DNA from: Chiloscyllium plagiosum
Lineage: Eukaryota
Assembly (NCBI RefSeq): GCF_004010195.1
Contig: NC_057752.1
Coordinates: forward strand, 9,002,766 to 9,066,765
Reading direction: 5' to 3'
DNA: 64,000 nucleotides
The translations under genes were made by a program, and so were the position numbers. Shown in pieces: positions 12,052 through 24,384 of this stretch. The notes beneath the pieces were generated by a model that saw nothing but the letters and a program-made list of their open reading frames with translations, was not told the origin of the DNA and searched no databases. Numbering within the stretch: position 1 is the first letter of the stretch; every line of letters starts with the position of its first letter.

Positions 12052-13815
12052 TAGTCATAGAATCCAACACCACGGAGACAGGTCCTTGGCCCAAACTGGT
12101 CCATGCCGACCAAAATGTTCATCCACGCTAACCCCATTTTCCTGCACGTGGCCCATATCCTTCTAATCCTTTCCAATCTATGTATTTGTCCAAATGCCTT
12201 TTAAATGTTGTTAATGTACCCGCCTCAACCGCTTCCACTGGCAGCTCATTCCAAATCCTCCGTGTAAAAAGCTTGCCTCTCTGGTTCCCTTTTATTCTTT
12301 TCTCTAACTTTAAACTGATGTCCTCTTGTCCTCTATTTCCCCAACTTGGAAAAAGACTAAGTGCATTCACCCTATCCATACCTGTCATGATCTTATACAC
12401 TGCGATAAGGTCCCCCCTCAGTCTCCTACACTCTAAAGATAAAAAGTCCCAGCTTGTCCAACCTCTCCCTATAACTCAGACCATTGAGTTCTGGCAACAT
12501 CCTTGTACATTTCTTCTGCACTCTTTCCAGTTTAATAACATCCTTCCGAAAATAAGGTGACCAAAACTGAACACAATACTCCCAAGTGCAACCTCACCAA
12601 CGTCCTGTATAACTGCAAGATAACTTCCCAACTTCTATACTCAATGCCCTGACTGATGAAGGCCAGTGTGCTAAAAGCCTCCTGTACTGCCCTGTCTACC
12701 TGTGACTCCACTTTCAGAGAACTGTGAACCTGAACTTCAAGATCCCTCTGTTCCACAACACCCTTTCAGGCCCAACCATTCACCATGAAACACCTACCTT
12801 GATTTGACTTTCTAAAATGCAAGCCTTCACACTTATCTATATTAAACTCCATTTGCCGTTTCTCGGCCCACTTCCCCAGCTGATCAAGGTCCTGCTGCAA
12901 TTTCTGATACCCTTCCTCGCTGTCTATGACACCACTTATTTTAGTATCATCAGCAAACTTACTTTTCATGCCCTGTACATTCTCATCGAAATCATTAATA
13001 TAGATAACAAACAGCAATGGGCCCAGCACTGACTCCTGAGGCACTCCACTCGTCACAAGCGTCCTTCCACTATCACCCTCTGCTTCTTACCATCAAGCCA
13101 ATCTTGTATCCAATTTGCCAGCTCGCCCTGGATCCCATGCGCTCTAACCTTCCAGAGCAGTCTACCATGTTGAATCTTTTCAAAGGCCTTATTGAAATCC
13201 ATATAGACTATGTCTACCGCCCTGCCCTCATCAACCTTCCTGGTCACTATCAAAGAACTCTAATAAATTTGTGAGGCATGATCTCCCACTCACACAGCCA
13301 TGCTGATTATCCCAATGAAGCCCTGTCTTTCCAAATGCTTGTATATCCCATCTCTCAGAATCTTCTCAAGTAACTTAGCACAGATGTTAAGCTTACCAAT
13401 CTATAAATCGCAGACTTTTCTTTGCAGCCCTTCTTGAGTAATGGCACAATATTCGCTACCCTCCAGTCCTCCGGGAACGCACCTGTGGCTAACAATAATG
13501 CAAAAAATATCGGCCAGGGACCCCACAATTTCTTCTCTAGCTTCTTGCAGGATTCCTGGATATATCTGGTCAGGACCAGGAGATTTATCCACCTTCTCGC
13601 ATTCTAATACGTCCAGCACCACCTCTGATGTGAAATGGACTGTCCCCAAGATATGAGCACTAGCTTTCCCAAGTTCCCAAATCTTCATGATAAACACAAA
13701 GGAGAAATAGTCATTGAGAACCATGCCCATTTCCTGCGGTTCTACACATACATGTCCATTTTGGTCCTTGAGGAGCCCTATTCTCGCTCCAGTTATTCTT
13801 TTTCCTTTAATATAT
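12052..13815 (-). mobile_element. CR1 LINE, 5'-truncated and frameshifted ORF2 (RT)
   Basis: [45 protein letters not shown] motifs. Confidence 0.95.
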
Positions 13816-13899
13816 TTGAAGTACTTCTCAAACAGAGTTGTGCTGTTAATGAAGTACATTTGCATAGAGCCATTGACAACAGAAGAGACATAGGCTTGT

Positions 13900-14320
13900 G
13901 TACTTATGGTGGGAATCTTCTAGCGTACTGGTCTATACCTCTCGGGGCCCATCTCTCTTTCATTTGTCACAATCCCATGCCATGGGAAGTGACCTTTTGT
14001 ACAAATTGGTGCATGTTTCCCTCTGTTATAACCATTTACCCCTCCTTTGAACCCATCCTTTGTTTTTATATTTGTCTCCTTATCACTTCCTTTTGCCTTG
14101 TACAGTCATCACTTTTATCATTTAATTGTTCCTGCCTTCCTATCTCCTTTATACTTTCTGGACCCCTTTTCTCTTGATCTGTGCCTAATTGTATGTTCAT
14201 TTCTAATCCTCCAGTTCTGATGAAAAGATGGTGCCACGATATGTTAATTGTTTCTCCCTCCAGTAGATATTGCCAGACCTGTTGTGCATTTCCAGCATCT
14301 TCTGTTATCATTTTCTCCAT
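13900..14320 (+). mobile_element. Old Neptune-type PLE 3' terminal relic
   Basis: Pyrimidine-rich run, then ttctgatgaa...gccagacctgttgtgcatttccagcatc; related relics at 1-120, 4670-4850, 32190-32315, 52730-52955, 58195-58365. Confidence 0.55.
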
Positions 14321-14504
14321 TTTCTAAGTGAGTTATTTAGCCCATTATGATTGTATACAGTTTGCTCGAGGTCCATTGCGTTGAGCAATGAATGTGAAAG
14401 AACAAGTAAAAGCAAATCCTCAAGTGTTTATTTGTGTCGTATCCTATCCTACTTGGAGCTGCTCCTGCCAGGAGATCTGCTGTCGTGGTATATACCTATT
14501 TCAT

Positions 14505-15390
14505 CTGTTCAAGGTTTTTGTAAAGATTTGTAGCTCGGGTGCCGGTTGTAGTTGTTGTGGGTGTGTTCACCGAGCTGGGAAGTTGGTTTGCAGACATTTC
14601 ATCCTCTTTCTAGGTAACATCCTCAGTGCTGTTGAGCCTCCTGTACTGTGTAGGTTGGAATTTATTTGATTTCATTCCTACTGCTTTCAGTTGCTCATTG
14701 CAGTGGTCAGTATATTGGGTTGAGGTCAATGTGTTTATTGATGGAGTCCGTGGATGTGTGCCAAGTTTCTAAGAATTCTCTGGCTATCCTCTGTTTGGCT
14801 TGTCCTATTATTGCTGTGTTGTCCCAGTCAAATTTGTGGTCCTTGTCATCTATGAGTATAGATACTAAAGATAGCTGATCATGGTGTTTATGATGTTCAT
14901 GAATGCGGATCACTAGTTGTCTGCCTGTTTGTCCTATGTAGTATTTTGTGCAGTCTCTGCATGGAATCTTGTACACTATGTTTGTCCCACATATGATGGG
15001 TTTTGGGTCTTTTGTTCTGGTGAGTTGGCTGAGTGTGACTGTTAGTATACGTGCTGTCATAAATCCGAATGGTTGGAGGATTCTGGCTGTCAGTTCCGAG
15101 TTTTTTTTATATATAAGGGAGCACGGTTGGTGTGTTGGGTTGTGGCATGTCCTTGTCACGTTGTTTGTCTGCCAAGCATCTGCAGATGAAGTTGAGGGGA
15201 TATCGGCTCTTGGCGAAGCCCTTGTAACGGTATTCTTCCTCTCTTCACCAGTCAGGAGTGCTGCAGTGTGTTGCAGCCCTTTTGACCGGGTCCTAATGCA
15301 GCTTCTCTCGTGTGTGTTTGGGTGGTTGCTGTTATAATTCAGGATCTGGTCCGTGTGTGGCTTTTCTGTACACTTTTGTACATTCCCCAT
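14505..15390 (-). mobile_element. Poseidon-type Penelope element 3' part (RT thumb + GIY-YIG endonuclease)
   Basis: THTDQILNYNSNHP, NIVYKIPCRDCTKYYIGQTGR, REFLETWH; hammerhead-like core at ~14590-14630. Confidence 0.9.
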
Positions 15391-15784
15391 TCTGTGTTCT
15401 TTCTACCATAATATCCAGCAATTTGTTGTGCCATCCTCACAGATCCATGGCAGCTCTTCTGCAACCACTCTGAAATGTCAGTCATCCAACTATGCCGAAG
15501 TCCACCTCTCTTTCTGCCCTCTGCATTACTGTTTAGAAGAGATCTCTATAGCTTTGCAGCTTTGATAAATGGTTAAAGTATTGGCACTTTAGTTTCTAGA
15601 TGTCATACTTTTTCTCTTGCCATGTCAAGCGCCTTGTCTTTTGTCTTATGATCTTTGTGCGGAATTTGAAGTATACAATTTGGCAGGTACTTTACAAAAG
15701 CTTCTATTTTCTTCCACAGATTGTTTCCCAGATTTCTAAGGTATACAGAATGTAGCATCTTATGAGCTTTCTTTTCCACCTCAG

Positions 15785-16640
15785 AGTTATAGAGTCATAG
15801 AGACGTACAGCACGGAAACAGACCCTTCGGTCCAAATTGTCCATGCTGACCAGATATCCCAACCCAATCTAGTCCCACCTGCCCGCACCGGGCCCATATC
15901 CCTCCAAACCCTTCCTATTCATATACCCATCCAAATGCCTTTTTAAATGTAGCAATTGTACCAGCCTCTACCACTTCCTCTGGCAGCTCATTCCATACAC
16001 ATACCACCCTCTGCATGAAAAGGTTGCCCCTTAGGTCTCTTTTATATCTTTCCCCTCTCACCCTAAACCTGTGCCCTCTAGTTCTGGACTCCTCCACCCC
16101 AGGGAAAAGACTTTGCCTATTTATCCTATCCATGCCCCTCATAATTTTGTAAACATCTATAAGGTCACCCCTTAGCCTTCGCTCCAGGGAAAACAGCCCC
16201 AGCATGTTCAGCCTCTCCTTACAGCTCAAATCCTCCAACCCTGGCAACATCCTTGTAAATCTTTTCTGAACCCTTTCAAGTTTCACAACATCCTTCTGAT
16301 AGGAAGGAGACCAGAATTGCACGGAATGTTCCAACAGTGGCCTAACCAATGTCCTGTACAGCCGCAACATGACCTCCCAACGCCTGTACTCAATACTCTT
16401 TCCAATAAAGGCAAGCATACCAAACGCCTTCTTCACTATCCTATCTACCTGCGACTCCACTTTCAAGGAGCGATGAACCTGCACTCCAAGGTCTCTTTGT
16501 TCAGCAACACTCCCTAGGACCTTACCATTAAGTGTATAAGTCCTGCTAAGATTTGACTTCCCAAATTGCAGCACCTCGCATTTATCTGAATTAAACTCCA
16601 TCTACCACTTCTCAGCCCGTTGGCCCATCTGATTAAGATC
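15785..16640 (-). mobile_element. CR1 LINE 3' fragment
   Basis: MEFNSDKCEVL...LYRTLVRPLLE...QFWSP...WNELP ORF; short-repeat tail. Confidence 0.95.
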
Positions 16641-17690
16641 CTTATACAGATGTACAGCACAGAAAAAGACTCTTTGGTCCAACTCGCCTATGCTGACCAG
16701 ATATCCTCAATTAATCTAGTCCCATTTGCCAGCATTTTGCCCATATCTCTCTCAACCCTTCCTGCTCATGTATCCAACAGATGACATTTAAATATTGTAA
16801 TTGTACAAGGCTCCTCCAATTTCTGTGGCAGCTAATTCCATACACACACCACCTTCTGTGGCAGCTAATGTCTCTTTTAAATCTTTCCCCTCTCACCTTA
16901 AACCTATGCCCTCTAGTTTTGGACTCCTCAACTCCGGGAAAAGACCTTGTCTATTTACCCTATCCATGTCCCTTATAATTTTATAAACCTCTGTAAGGTT
17001 ACCCTCAGCCTCTGATGCTCCAGGGAAAATAGCCCCACCCTATTCAGTCTCTCCCTTTAGCTTAATCCCTGCAATCCCAGCAACATCCTTATAAATCTTT
17101 TCTGTACTTTTTCAAGTTTAATAACATCTTTCCTATAGCAGGGAGACCAGAATTGAACGCAGTATTCCAAAAGTGTCCTAACCAATGTCCTGTACAGCTG
17201 CAACATGACATCCCAACTCCGATAGTCGAGAGTGTGGTGCTGGAAAAGCACAGCATGTCAGGCAGCATCCGAGGACCAGGAGAATCAACTTGTCGGGCAG
17301 ACACCCTTCATCAGGAAGTGCTTCTCCCACACTCTCGACTCTGATCTCCAGCATCTGCAGTACTCACTTTCTCCGAGTTGATCCCAACTCCAATACTTAA
17401 TGCACTAACCAATAAAGGCAAGTGTACCAAATATCACCTTCATTATCCTATCTACCTGTGACCCTACCTTCAGGGTACTAGGAACCTGCATAGCAAGGTC
17501 TCTTTGTTTGGCAACATTCCCCAGGACCCTACCATTAAGTGTATAAGTCCTGCCCCTGATTTGACATAGGAAATGCAACACTTTACATTTATCTAAATTA
17601 AATTCCTTCTGCCACTCCTCATCCCTTTGGCCCATTTGTTCATCTGATCAAGGTCCCATTGTACTCCGAGGTAACCTTCTTCGCTTATTA
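16641..17690 (-). mobile_element. CR1 LINE 3' fragment interrupted by a PLE terminal element
   Basis: Same RT C-terminal motifs, split at 17225-17380. Confidence 0.9.
17225..17380. mobile_element. Fold-back Neptune-type PLE terminal element
   Basis: Family sequence with partial inverted arms; TSD atcccaactcc(g/a)ata 17210-17224, 17381-17395. Confidence 0.8.
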
Positions 17691-19166
17691 ACACACCATC
17701 TGCCTTCATGTTTGTTATTGGAACAGAACGTTGTATCACATGGATTGGTTCCAGTCAATGTCTTTATAAGGAGTGGTAGTGAAGCTTTATGTGAATCTTA
17801 AGGGCAGTAAAGATATAACAGTGTCAGAATTGTTGGCGTGTCTGCCAGCATTGATCTGCTGAACTTGTATGTTTCTGAAATCTGTATGTAACAATTTGTA
17901 GGTTTGCACAGTGAGCTGGTGGGTTTGTTCTTGAGACGTTTCATCACCATGCTAGGTAACAATCAGCAGTGAGCATTGGTGTTCTGTCCCATTTGCTATT
18001 TGTGTGTCGTGGTTTGTTGTGGGAGATGATATTATTTCCATTTCTGTTTCTGAGATGTTAGTGATTGGGGTCCAAATCTATATGTCTGTTGATGGAGTTC
18101 CGGTTTGAATACCAGGCCTCTAGGAATTCCTGCACGTGTCTTTGCCTGTTTCAGGGTGGATGCATTATCCTAGTCAAACTGGTGTCCCTCTTTGTCTGTG
18201 TGTATGGATATCAGTAATAGTTGGTCATCTTTTGGTGGCTAGTTGGTGCTCATGTATCCTGGTGACTAGTATCCTGCCAGTTTGTCTGATATAATGTTTG
18301 TTGTAATATTTTGTATTTAATGTTCATTCTGCTGGCTGTGGGGTACGGGATCAGTAGCTGTTTCAGTGTGGTGGTAGGTTGATGGATTTTCTTTGACGTG
18401 ACAGCCCTACTCGCACCAATAAACATCACCCTGGCAAAAGAAACACTGGCCTCACTGCTAGACAAACAGCTGACAGCACCAACTCCATCAGCAAGGACAG
18501 CATCCTCAAACTACTGGACCTGTCCCTCACAACTCACTTCACATTCAACAACAAGATATATAAACAAATCAATGGGACACCACATGGGATCACCAATATC
18601 TGGATTTACAACAGAAGCAGTTATGCAAAGGTTAGAATGAACAGCCTTCCCGTGATCCAACCTCAGCTTTGGGTCCACTAAGTGAATGACATATTTGTCA
18701 TCACAAAACGCAACAATCTAGAAGAGACCCACAAACACACAAACCACATTTTTACTGGTATAAAGCACCAAAGAGGAAGAGAACAACGACCGACTCCCCT
18801 TCTTGGATGTCACGGTAGAACGAAAAGCTAATAGAGAACTGCAGACCAGCGTTTACAGGAAAGCCACACACACTGACCAGATACTCAACTACAGGAGCAA
18901 CCATCCCAACACCCACAAATGGAGCTGCGTCTGGACATTACTTAAATGAGTCACAACACACTGCAGCACCCAGGAACTATGAGAAGCCAAGGAGAAACAC
19001 CTATACAATATATTCAGGAACAACAGTTACCCAATAAGCGCAGTCCACCGATTCCCGCACAACGGACCTAAACAGGAAGACACAACATACCCAGAAACTC
19101 TTGCCACCCTACCGTACATCAAAGATATTTCAGAGATGACGACCAGACTACTCCGGCCCCTAATTA

Positions 19167-21396
19167 GAACATAGAACAGTACAGCACAGAACAGGCCCTT
19201 CAGCCCACGATGTTGTGCCGACCATTGATCCTCATGTATGCACCCTCAAATTTCTGTGACCATATGCATGTGCAGCAGTCTCTTAAATGTCCCCAATGAC
19301 CTTGCTTCCACAACTGCTGCTGGCAACGCATTTCATGCTCTCTCAACTCTCTGTGTAAAGAACCCGCCTCTGACATCCCCTCTATACTTTCCTCCAACCA
19401 GCTTAAAACTACGATCCCTCGTGTTAGCCATTTCTGCCCTGGGAAATAGTCTCTGGCTATCGACTCTATCTATGCCTCTCATTATCTTGTATAACTCAAT
19501 TAGGTCCCCCCCTCCTCCTTTTCTCCACTGAAAAAAGTCTGAGCTCAGTCAATCTCCCTTCATAAGATAAGCCAGTCCAGGCAGCATCCTGGTAAACCTC
19601 CTCTGAACCCTCTCCAAAGCATCCACATCTTTCCTATAATAGGGCGACCAGAACTGGACGCAGTATTCCAAGTGCGGTCTAACCAAAGTTTTATAGAGCT
19701 GCAACAAGATCTCACGACTCTTAAACTCAATCCCCCTGTTAATGAAAGCCAAAACACCACATGCTTTCTTAACAACCCTGTCCACTTGGGTGGCCATTTT
19801 AAGGGATCTATGTACCTGCACACCAAGATCCCTCTGTTCCTCCACACTACCAAGAATCCTATCCTTAATCCTGTACCCAGCTTTCAAATTCGACCTTCCA
19901 AAATGCATCACCTCACATTTATCCAGGTTGAACTCCATCTGCCACCTCTCAGCCCACCTCTGCATCCTGCCAATGTCCCGCTGCAGCCTACAACAGCCCT
20001 CTATACTGTCAACAACACCTCCAACCTTTGTGTCATCTGCAAACTTGCTGACCCATCCTTCAATCCCCTCATCCAAACCATTAATAAAAATTACAAAAAT
20101 TAGAAGCCCAAGGACAGAGCCCGGTGGAACACCACTCACCACAGACTTCCAGGCAAAATATTTTCCTTCTACTACCACTCGCTGTCTTCTGTTGGCCAGC
20201 CAATTCTGTATCCAGACAGCTAAGTTCCCCTGTATCCCATTCCTCCTGACCTTCTGAATAAGCCTACCATGGGGAACCTTATNNNNNNNNNNNNNNNNNN
20301 NNNNNNNNNNNNNNNNNNNNNNNNNNNNNNNNNNNNNNNNNNNNNNNNNNNNNNNNNNNNNNNNNNNNNNNNNNNNNNNNNNNNNNNNNNNNNNNNNNNN
20401 NNNNNNNNNNNNNNNNNNNNNNNNNNNNNNNNNNNNATCTGGTCCGGGCCTGGCGACTTGTCATTCTTAATGTTTGACAAAATTTTCAGCACATCAGCTT
20501 CCTCTATCTCTATCCATTCCAGAATGCACACCTGCTCTTCAAAGGTTTCATTCACTACAAAGTTTGTTTCTTTCGTAAAGACAGAAGCAAAAAACTCATT
20601 TAGGGCTCCCCCTACCTCCTCAGACTCCACACACAAGTTCGCTATGCTATCCCTGATCGGCCCTACTCTTTCTTTGACCATTCTCTTATCCCTCACATAA
20701 GTGTAAAATGCCTTTGTGTTCTCCCTAATCCATTCTGCCAAGCCTTTCTTGTGCCCCCTCCTGGCTCTCCTCAGACCTTTTTTGAGCTCAATCCTCGCCT
20801 GCCTGTAATTCTCTAGATCTGAGCTTTACCCTAGCTACCTCCACCTTATGTAAGCTACCTTCTTCCTTTTGACGAGAAGCTCCACTGCTCTCGTCATCCA
20901 AGGTTCCTTTACCTTATCCCTTCTTGCCTGTCTCAGAGGGACATATTTATTCATCACTCGCAACAACTGTTCCTTAAACAGTGTCCACATGTCTATAATG
21001 CCTTTACCATGAAACAATTGCTCCCAGTCCATGCTTCCTAACTCATGTCTAATCGCATCATAGTTTCCTCTTCCCCAATTTAAATATCCTCCCATTTTGC
21101 CTAATCCTCTCCTCCTCCATAGCTATGTAGAATGTGAGGCAGTTGTGGTCACTATCACCAAAATGCTCTCCCACCACAAGATCTGATACCTGCCCCGGCT
21201 CGTTTCCGAGCACCAAACCTAGAATGGCCTCTCCCCTCATCGGCCTGTCAACGTACTGAGTTAGGAAACCCTCCTGAACACACCTTACAAAAACAGCTCC
21301 ATTCAAATCTTCTGCTCAAAGGAGGTTCCAATCAATATTGGGAAAGTTAAAGTCACCCATTACAACAACCCTACTACGTCCACATTTTTCCAAAAT
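19167..21396 (-). mobile_element. Relatively young CR1 LINE (EN/RT) nested in the Penelope element; contains an assembly gap
   Basis: Long clean ORF pieces (209 aa with KFADDTK); catagaa-type tail; possible TSD taatta 19161-66 / 21397-402. Confidence 0.95.
20283..20436. other. Assembly gap (154 N)
   Basis: Run of N. Confidence 1.
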
Positions 21397-21972
21397 TAAT
21401 TATCATGGTAGCCCAAAAATCTACCACCAAACTAAAACAAATATTAATGAATTTAAAGGATCCTGTACCCACAGCCAGCAGAACGAACCTAATATACAAA
21501 ATACCCTGCAACAACTGCAACAAACATTATTTTGGACCGACGGGCAGGAAACTAGCCACCAGAATACATGACCGATTCTCATTGGTATCCATACACATAG
21601 ATGAAGAGGGACACCAGTTCGACTGGGACAATGCATCCACCCTGGGACAGGCTAAACAAAGACACATGCAGGAATTCCTCAAGGCATGTTATTCAAACTG
21701 CAACTCCATTAACAAACATGTTAATTTGGACCCCATTTACCAACTTCTCAGAAACCAAACTGGAAATGATATCACCCACCACAACAAACCACGACATTTA
21801 AGTAGCAAGTGGTACAGAACATCAACGCTTCACCGGAGACTCACTGATGATACTACCTAGCATGGTGATGAAACACCTAAAAACAAACACACCAGCTCAG
21901 CGAGCAAACCTACTTGAGCTACAAATCTTCTCCAAAATCTCAAACACCTATCTAATATTTTATTGTTTGTAG

Positions 21973-22159
21973 GTATTTCTTTCCACGGCAGCTGTTAATA
22001 AGACACTTCTGGAACCTCGAACAGCAGAAGGAGTTCATGGAAATCTACCACTCCATACGGGCTGAGGCTTACCCAAATGCTGTGAAGAATTTGATCAAAG
22101 CAGTGTCAAGATTTCCAGACAAAAGACTGAAAAACCAACTATTGCAACTTGGCACTAAA
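21973..22159 (+). CDS. LETMD1: LETMD1 coding exon 5 (YFFPRQLLIRHFWNLEQQKEF...LQLGTK)
   Basis: tgtag acceptor, AAA|gtaggt donor; FPRQLLIRHFW as in human; phases consistent. Confidence 0.96.
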
Positions 22160-22277
22160 GTAGGTACACAAATATGTTGCATTAGGGAATGAATAATTCC
22201 CAAGTTTATTGCTTTGAAAAGTGCATTTGCTGAATGTTGTGCCACATTGATGCACGAACAAGCTATACTATGGAGTA

Positions 22278-23542
22278 AGGCTGTGAGCCGAGGGTGTGGA
22301 GAGATCAATGGGAGGGGGGTGTGGGGCTGGGGGGAAGGTAGCTGAGACTGCGATAGGTAGACGGACGTGGGGGTCAGAGAGGAGGCTGGAGTGGATAGGT
22401 GGGAAGGAAGATGGACAGGTAGGGCTGGTCGTGAGGGCGGTGCTGAGTTGGAAGATTGGAACTGGAATAAGGTGGGGGAGGGGGAATGAGGAAACTGGTG
22501 AAGTCCAAGTTGATGCAGTGGGGGTTGGATGGTCCCAAGGCATAAGATGAGGCATTCTTCCTCCAGGTGTCGGGTGGTTAGGGAGTGGTGATGGAGGAGG
22601 CCCAGGACCTGTATGTCCTTGGGGGAGTTGAAGTGTTCGGCCACGGTGTGGTGGGGTTGGTTGGTGCATGTGGTCTGGAGATGTTCTCTGAAGCACTGTC
22701 CGAGTAGGCGTCCTGTCTCCCCAACGTAGAGGAGGCCACATCAGGAGCAACGGATACAGTAAATGACGTGTGGAAGTGCAGGTAAAACCCTGATGGTTGT
22801 GGAAGGCTGTTTTGGGGGCTTGGATGGAGGTGTGGGTGCAGGTTTTGCAATTCCTGCAGTGGCGGGGGAAGGTGCTAGGAGGGGAGGGTGGGCTGTTAGG
22901 GCATGTGGACCTAACAAGGTAGTCATGGAGGGAATGGTCTTTACAGAAAGCGGATGGGGTGGGGAAGGAAATGTATCTCTGGTGGTGGGGTCTGTTTGTA
23001 GGTGGCAGAAATGGCGGAGAATGATGCCATGTATGTGGAGGTTGGTGGGCTGGAAGGTGAGGAACAAGGGGGTTCCATCCTTGTTTCAGTAGGAGGGGTG
23101 GGGTTCAAGGGTGGAGGTGCGGGACATGGATGAGATGCTTTGGAAGGAATCATCAACCACGTGGGAGGGGAAATTGCGGTCTTCTGCCTCCGGACCCTCC
23201 AACCCCATGTGGATTACATCAGTTTCCTCATTTCCCCTCACCCCACCTTATCCCAGTTCCAACCTTCCAATTCGACACCGCCCTCGCGGCCAGCGGTGTC
23301 ACGTATCCAACACCTACCTGTCCATCTTCCTTCCCACCTATCCACTCCACCCTCCTCTCCGACCTATCACCATTACCCCCACCTCCATCTCTCCACCCCC
23401 TCGGCTCTCAGCCTCATTCCTGATGAAGGGCTTTTGCCCGAAACGTGATTCTTCTGCTCCTCAGATGCTGCCTGACCGGTTGTGCTTTTCCAGCACCACA
23501 ATCTCGACTCTGATCTCCAGCATCAGCAGTCCACACTTTCAT
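22278..23542. mobile_element. Neptune-type Penelope element with internal inversion (GIY-YIG part on -, 3' terminus on +)
   Basis: VIYCIRCS..GLLYVGET motif on -; inversion junction ~23180; 15-bp TSD ctatactatggagta 22263-77 / 23543-57; terminus matches the short palindromic family. Confidence 0.9.
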
Positions 23543-23807
23543 CTATACTATGGAGTAGCAAGGTGCAGGTTGTGACTGATTATCTGAATGTTGTCTTTCC
23601 AAGAAGGTGAGGAAGAAAAAGTGAACAAATAAACCTCGGCTTTTACAAAGCTCCTAGCAACCATTAGTGTGCTAGGTAGAAGCCACAAGACAACTCACTT
23701 ACCTAACATCTTAATTAACAGAACTATAAGACCTAAAGTAAAAGGGGAAAGAGAATGGATACGAGTGTGCCATGATGACAGGTTGAGGGTTATTTTGTAA
23801 GTTGGGA

Positions 23808-24015
23808 TGTAGTGATTGTAACAAAGTCAGCCAGGTGGACCCCATGGAATATGAGTTCCCTGATTGGGGCTGTTAACCTGGTCCAATCAGGGAGCCCTGG
23901 CTGACAGATATAAACAGGAGTCATAGAGGTCCTGTTCGCTCTGAGGAATATGGACCAGTGTCAAGTATGTGTAAATAAAGGATGATTGGATACTAGCTTC
24001 TGTGGTGTTATTTCA
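23808..24015 (+). mobile_element. Probable solo LTR
   Basis: TG...CA ends, inverted CCAAT boxes, TATAAA, AATAAA; no clean TSD. Confidence 0.55.
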
Positions 24016-24384
24016 GGTGAGAATGATTTTCAATAACATTTGACACATAACAAAAGTAGAACACTTAAAGGGAAAGCACCGAAATATAACCAATAAGAAA
24101 AGGCACTTCACCTTGAAAGACTAGATAGTCACAACATTAAGGACATGCTGGACGTATGTGACATATAAGACATCTAAGTGTAGATTTGAAAGCTGTCTCA
24201 AAGATCACAGGTAGCTGGTGTAGGAAATAGAAATGTCAAATGGGATTGCTGTTTTCAGTTTAGGAGTTAAAAGAGAAAAACAACAAAAGTTCTACCCTAC
24301 AGTGAACCCATGTTACACCTGATCCTTGAACACAGGGGACAATAGTTCTGTCTTTAAGCAATGGCATCCTTTTGAGACATGAAG

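Larger units (their letters stand above)
17895..21945 (+). mobile_element. Poseidon-type Penelope element: inverted 3' copy (17895-18385) plus RT-GIY-YIG body (18388-21945), split by a CR1
   Basis: FDVTAL, MGSPISG, HTDQILNY, NLIYKIPCNNCNKHY motifs; left arm is the reverse complement of ~21410-21912. Confidence 0.88.

Noticed and set aside
20220..20741. ORFs spanning X runs
   Set aside because: Lengths are inflated by the N gap inside a CR1
22160..22168. Alternative exon 5 donor 4 nt downstream (gtag|gtac)
   Set aside because: Would break the frame with exon 6; no supporting evidence
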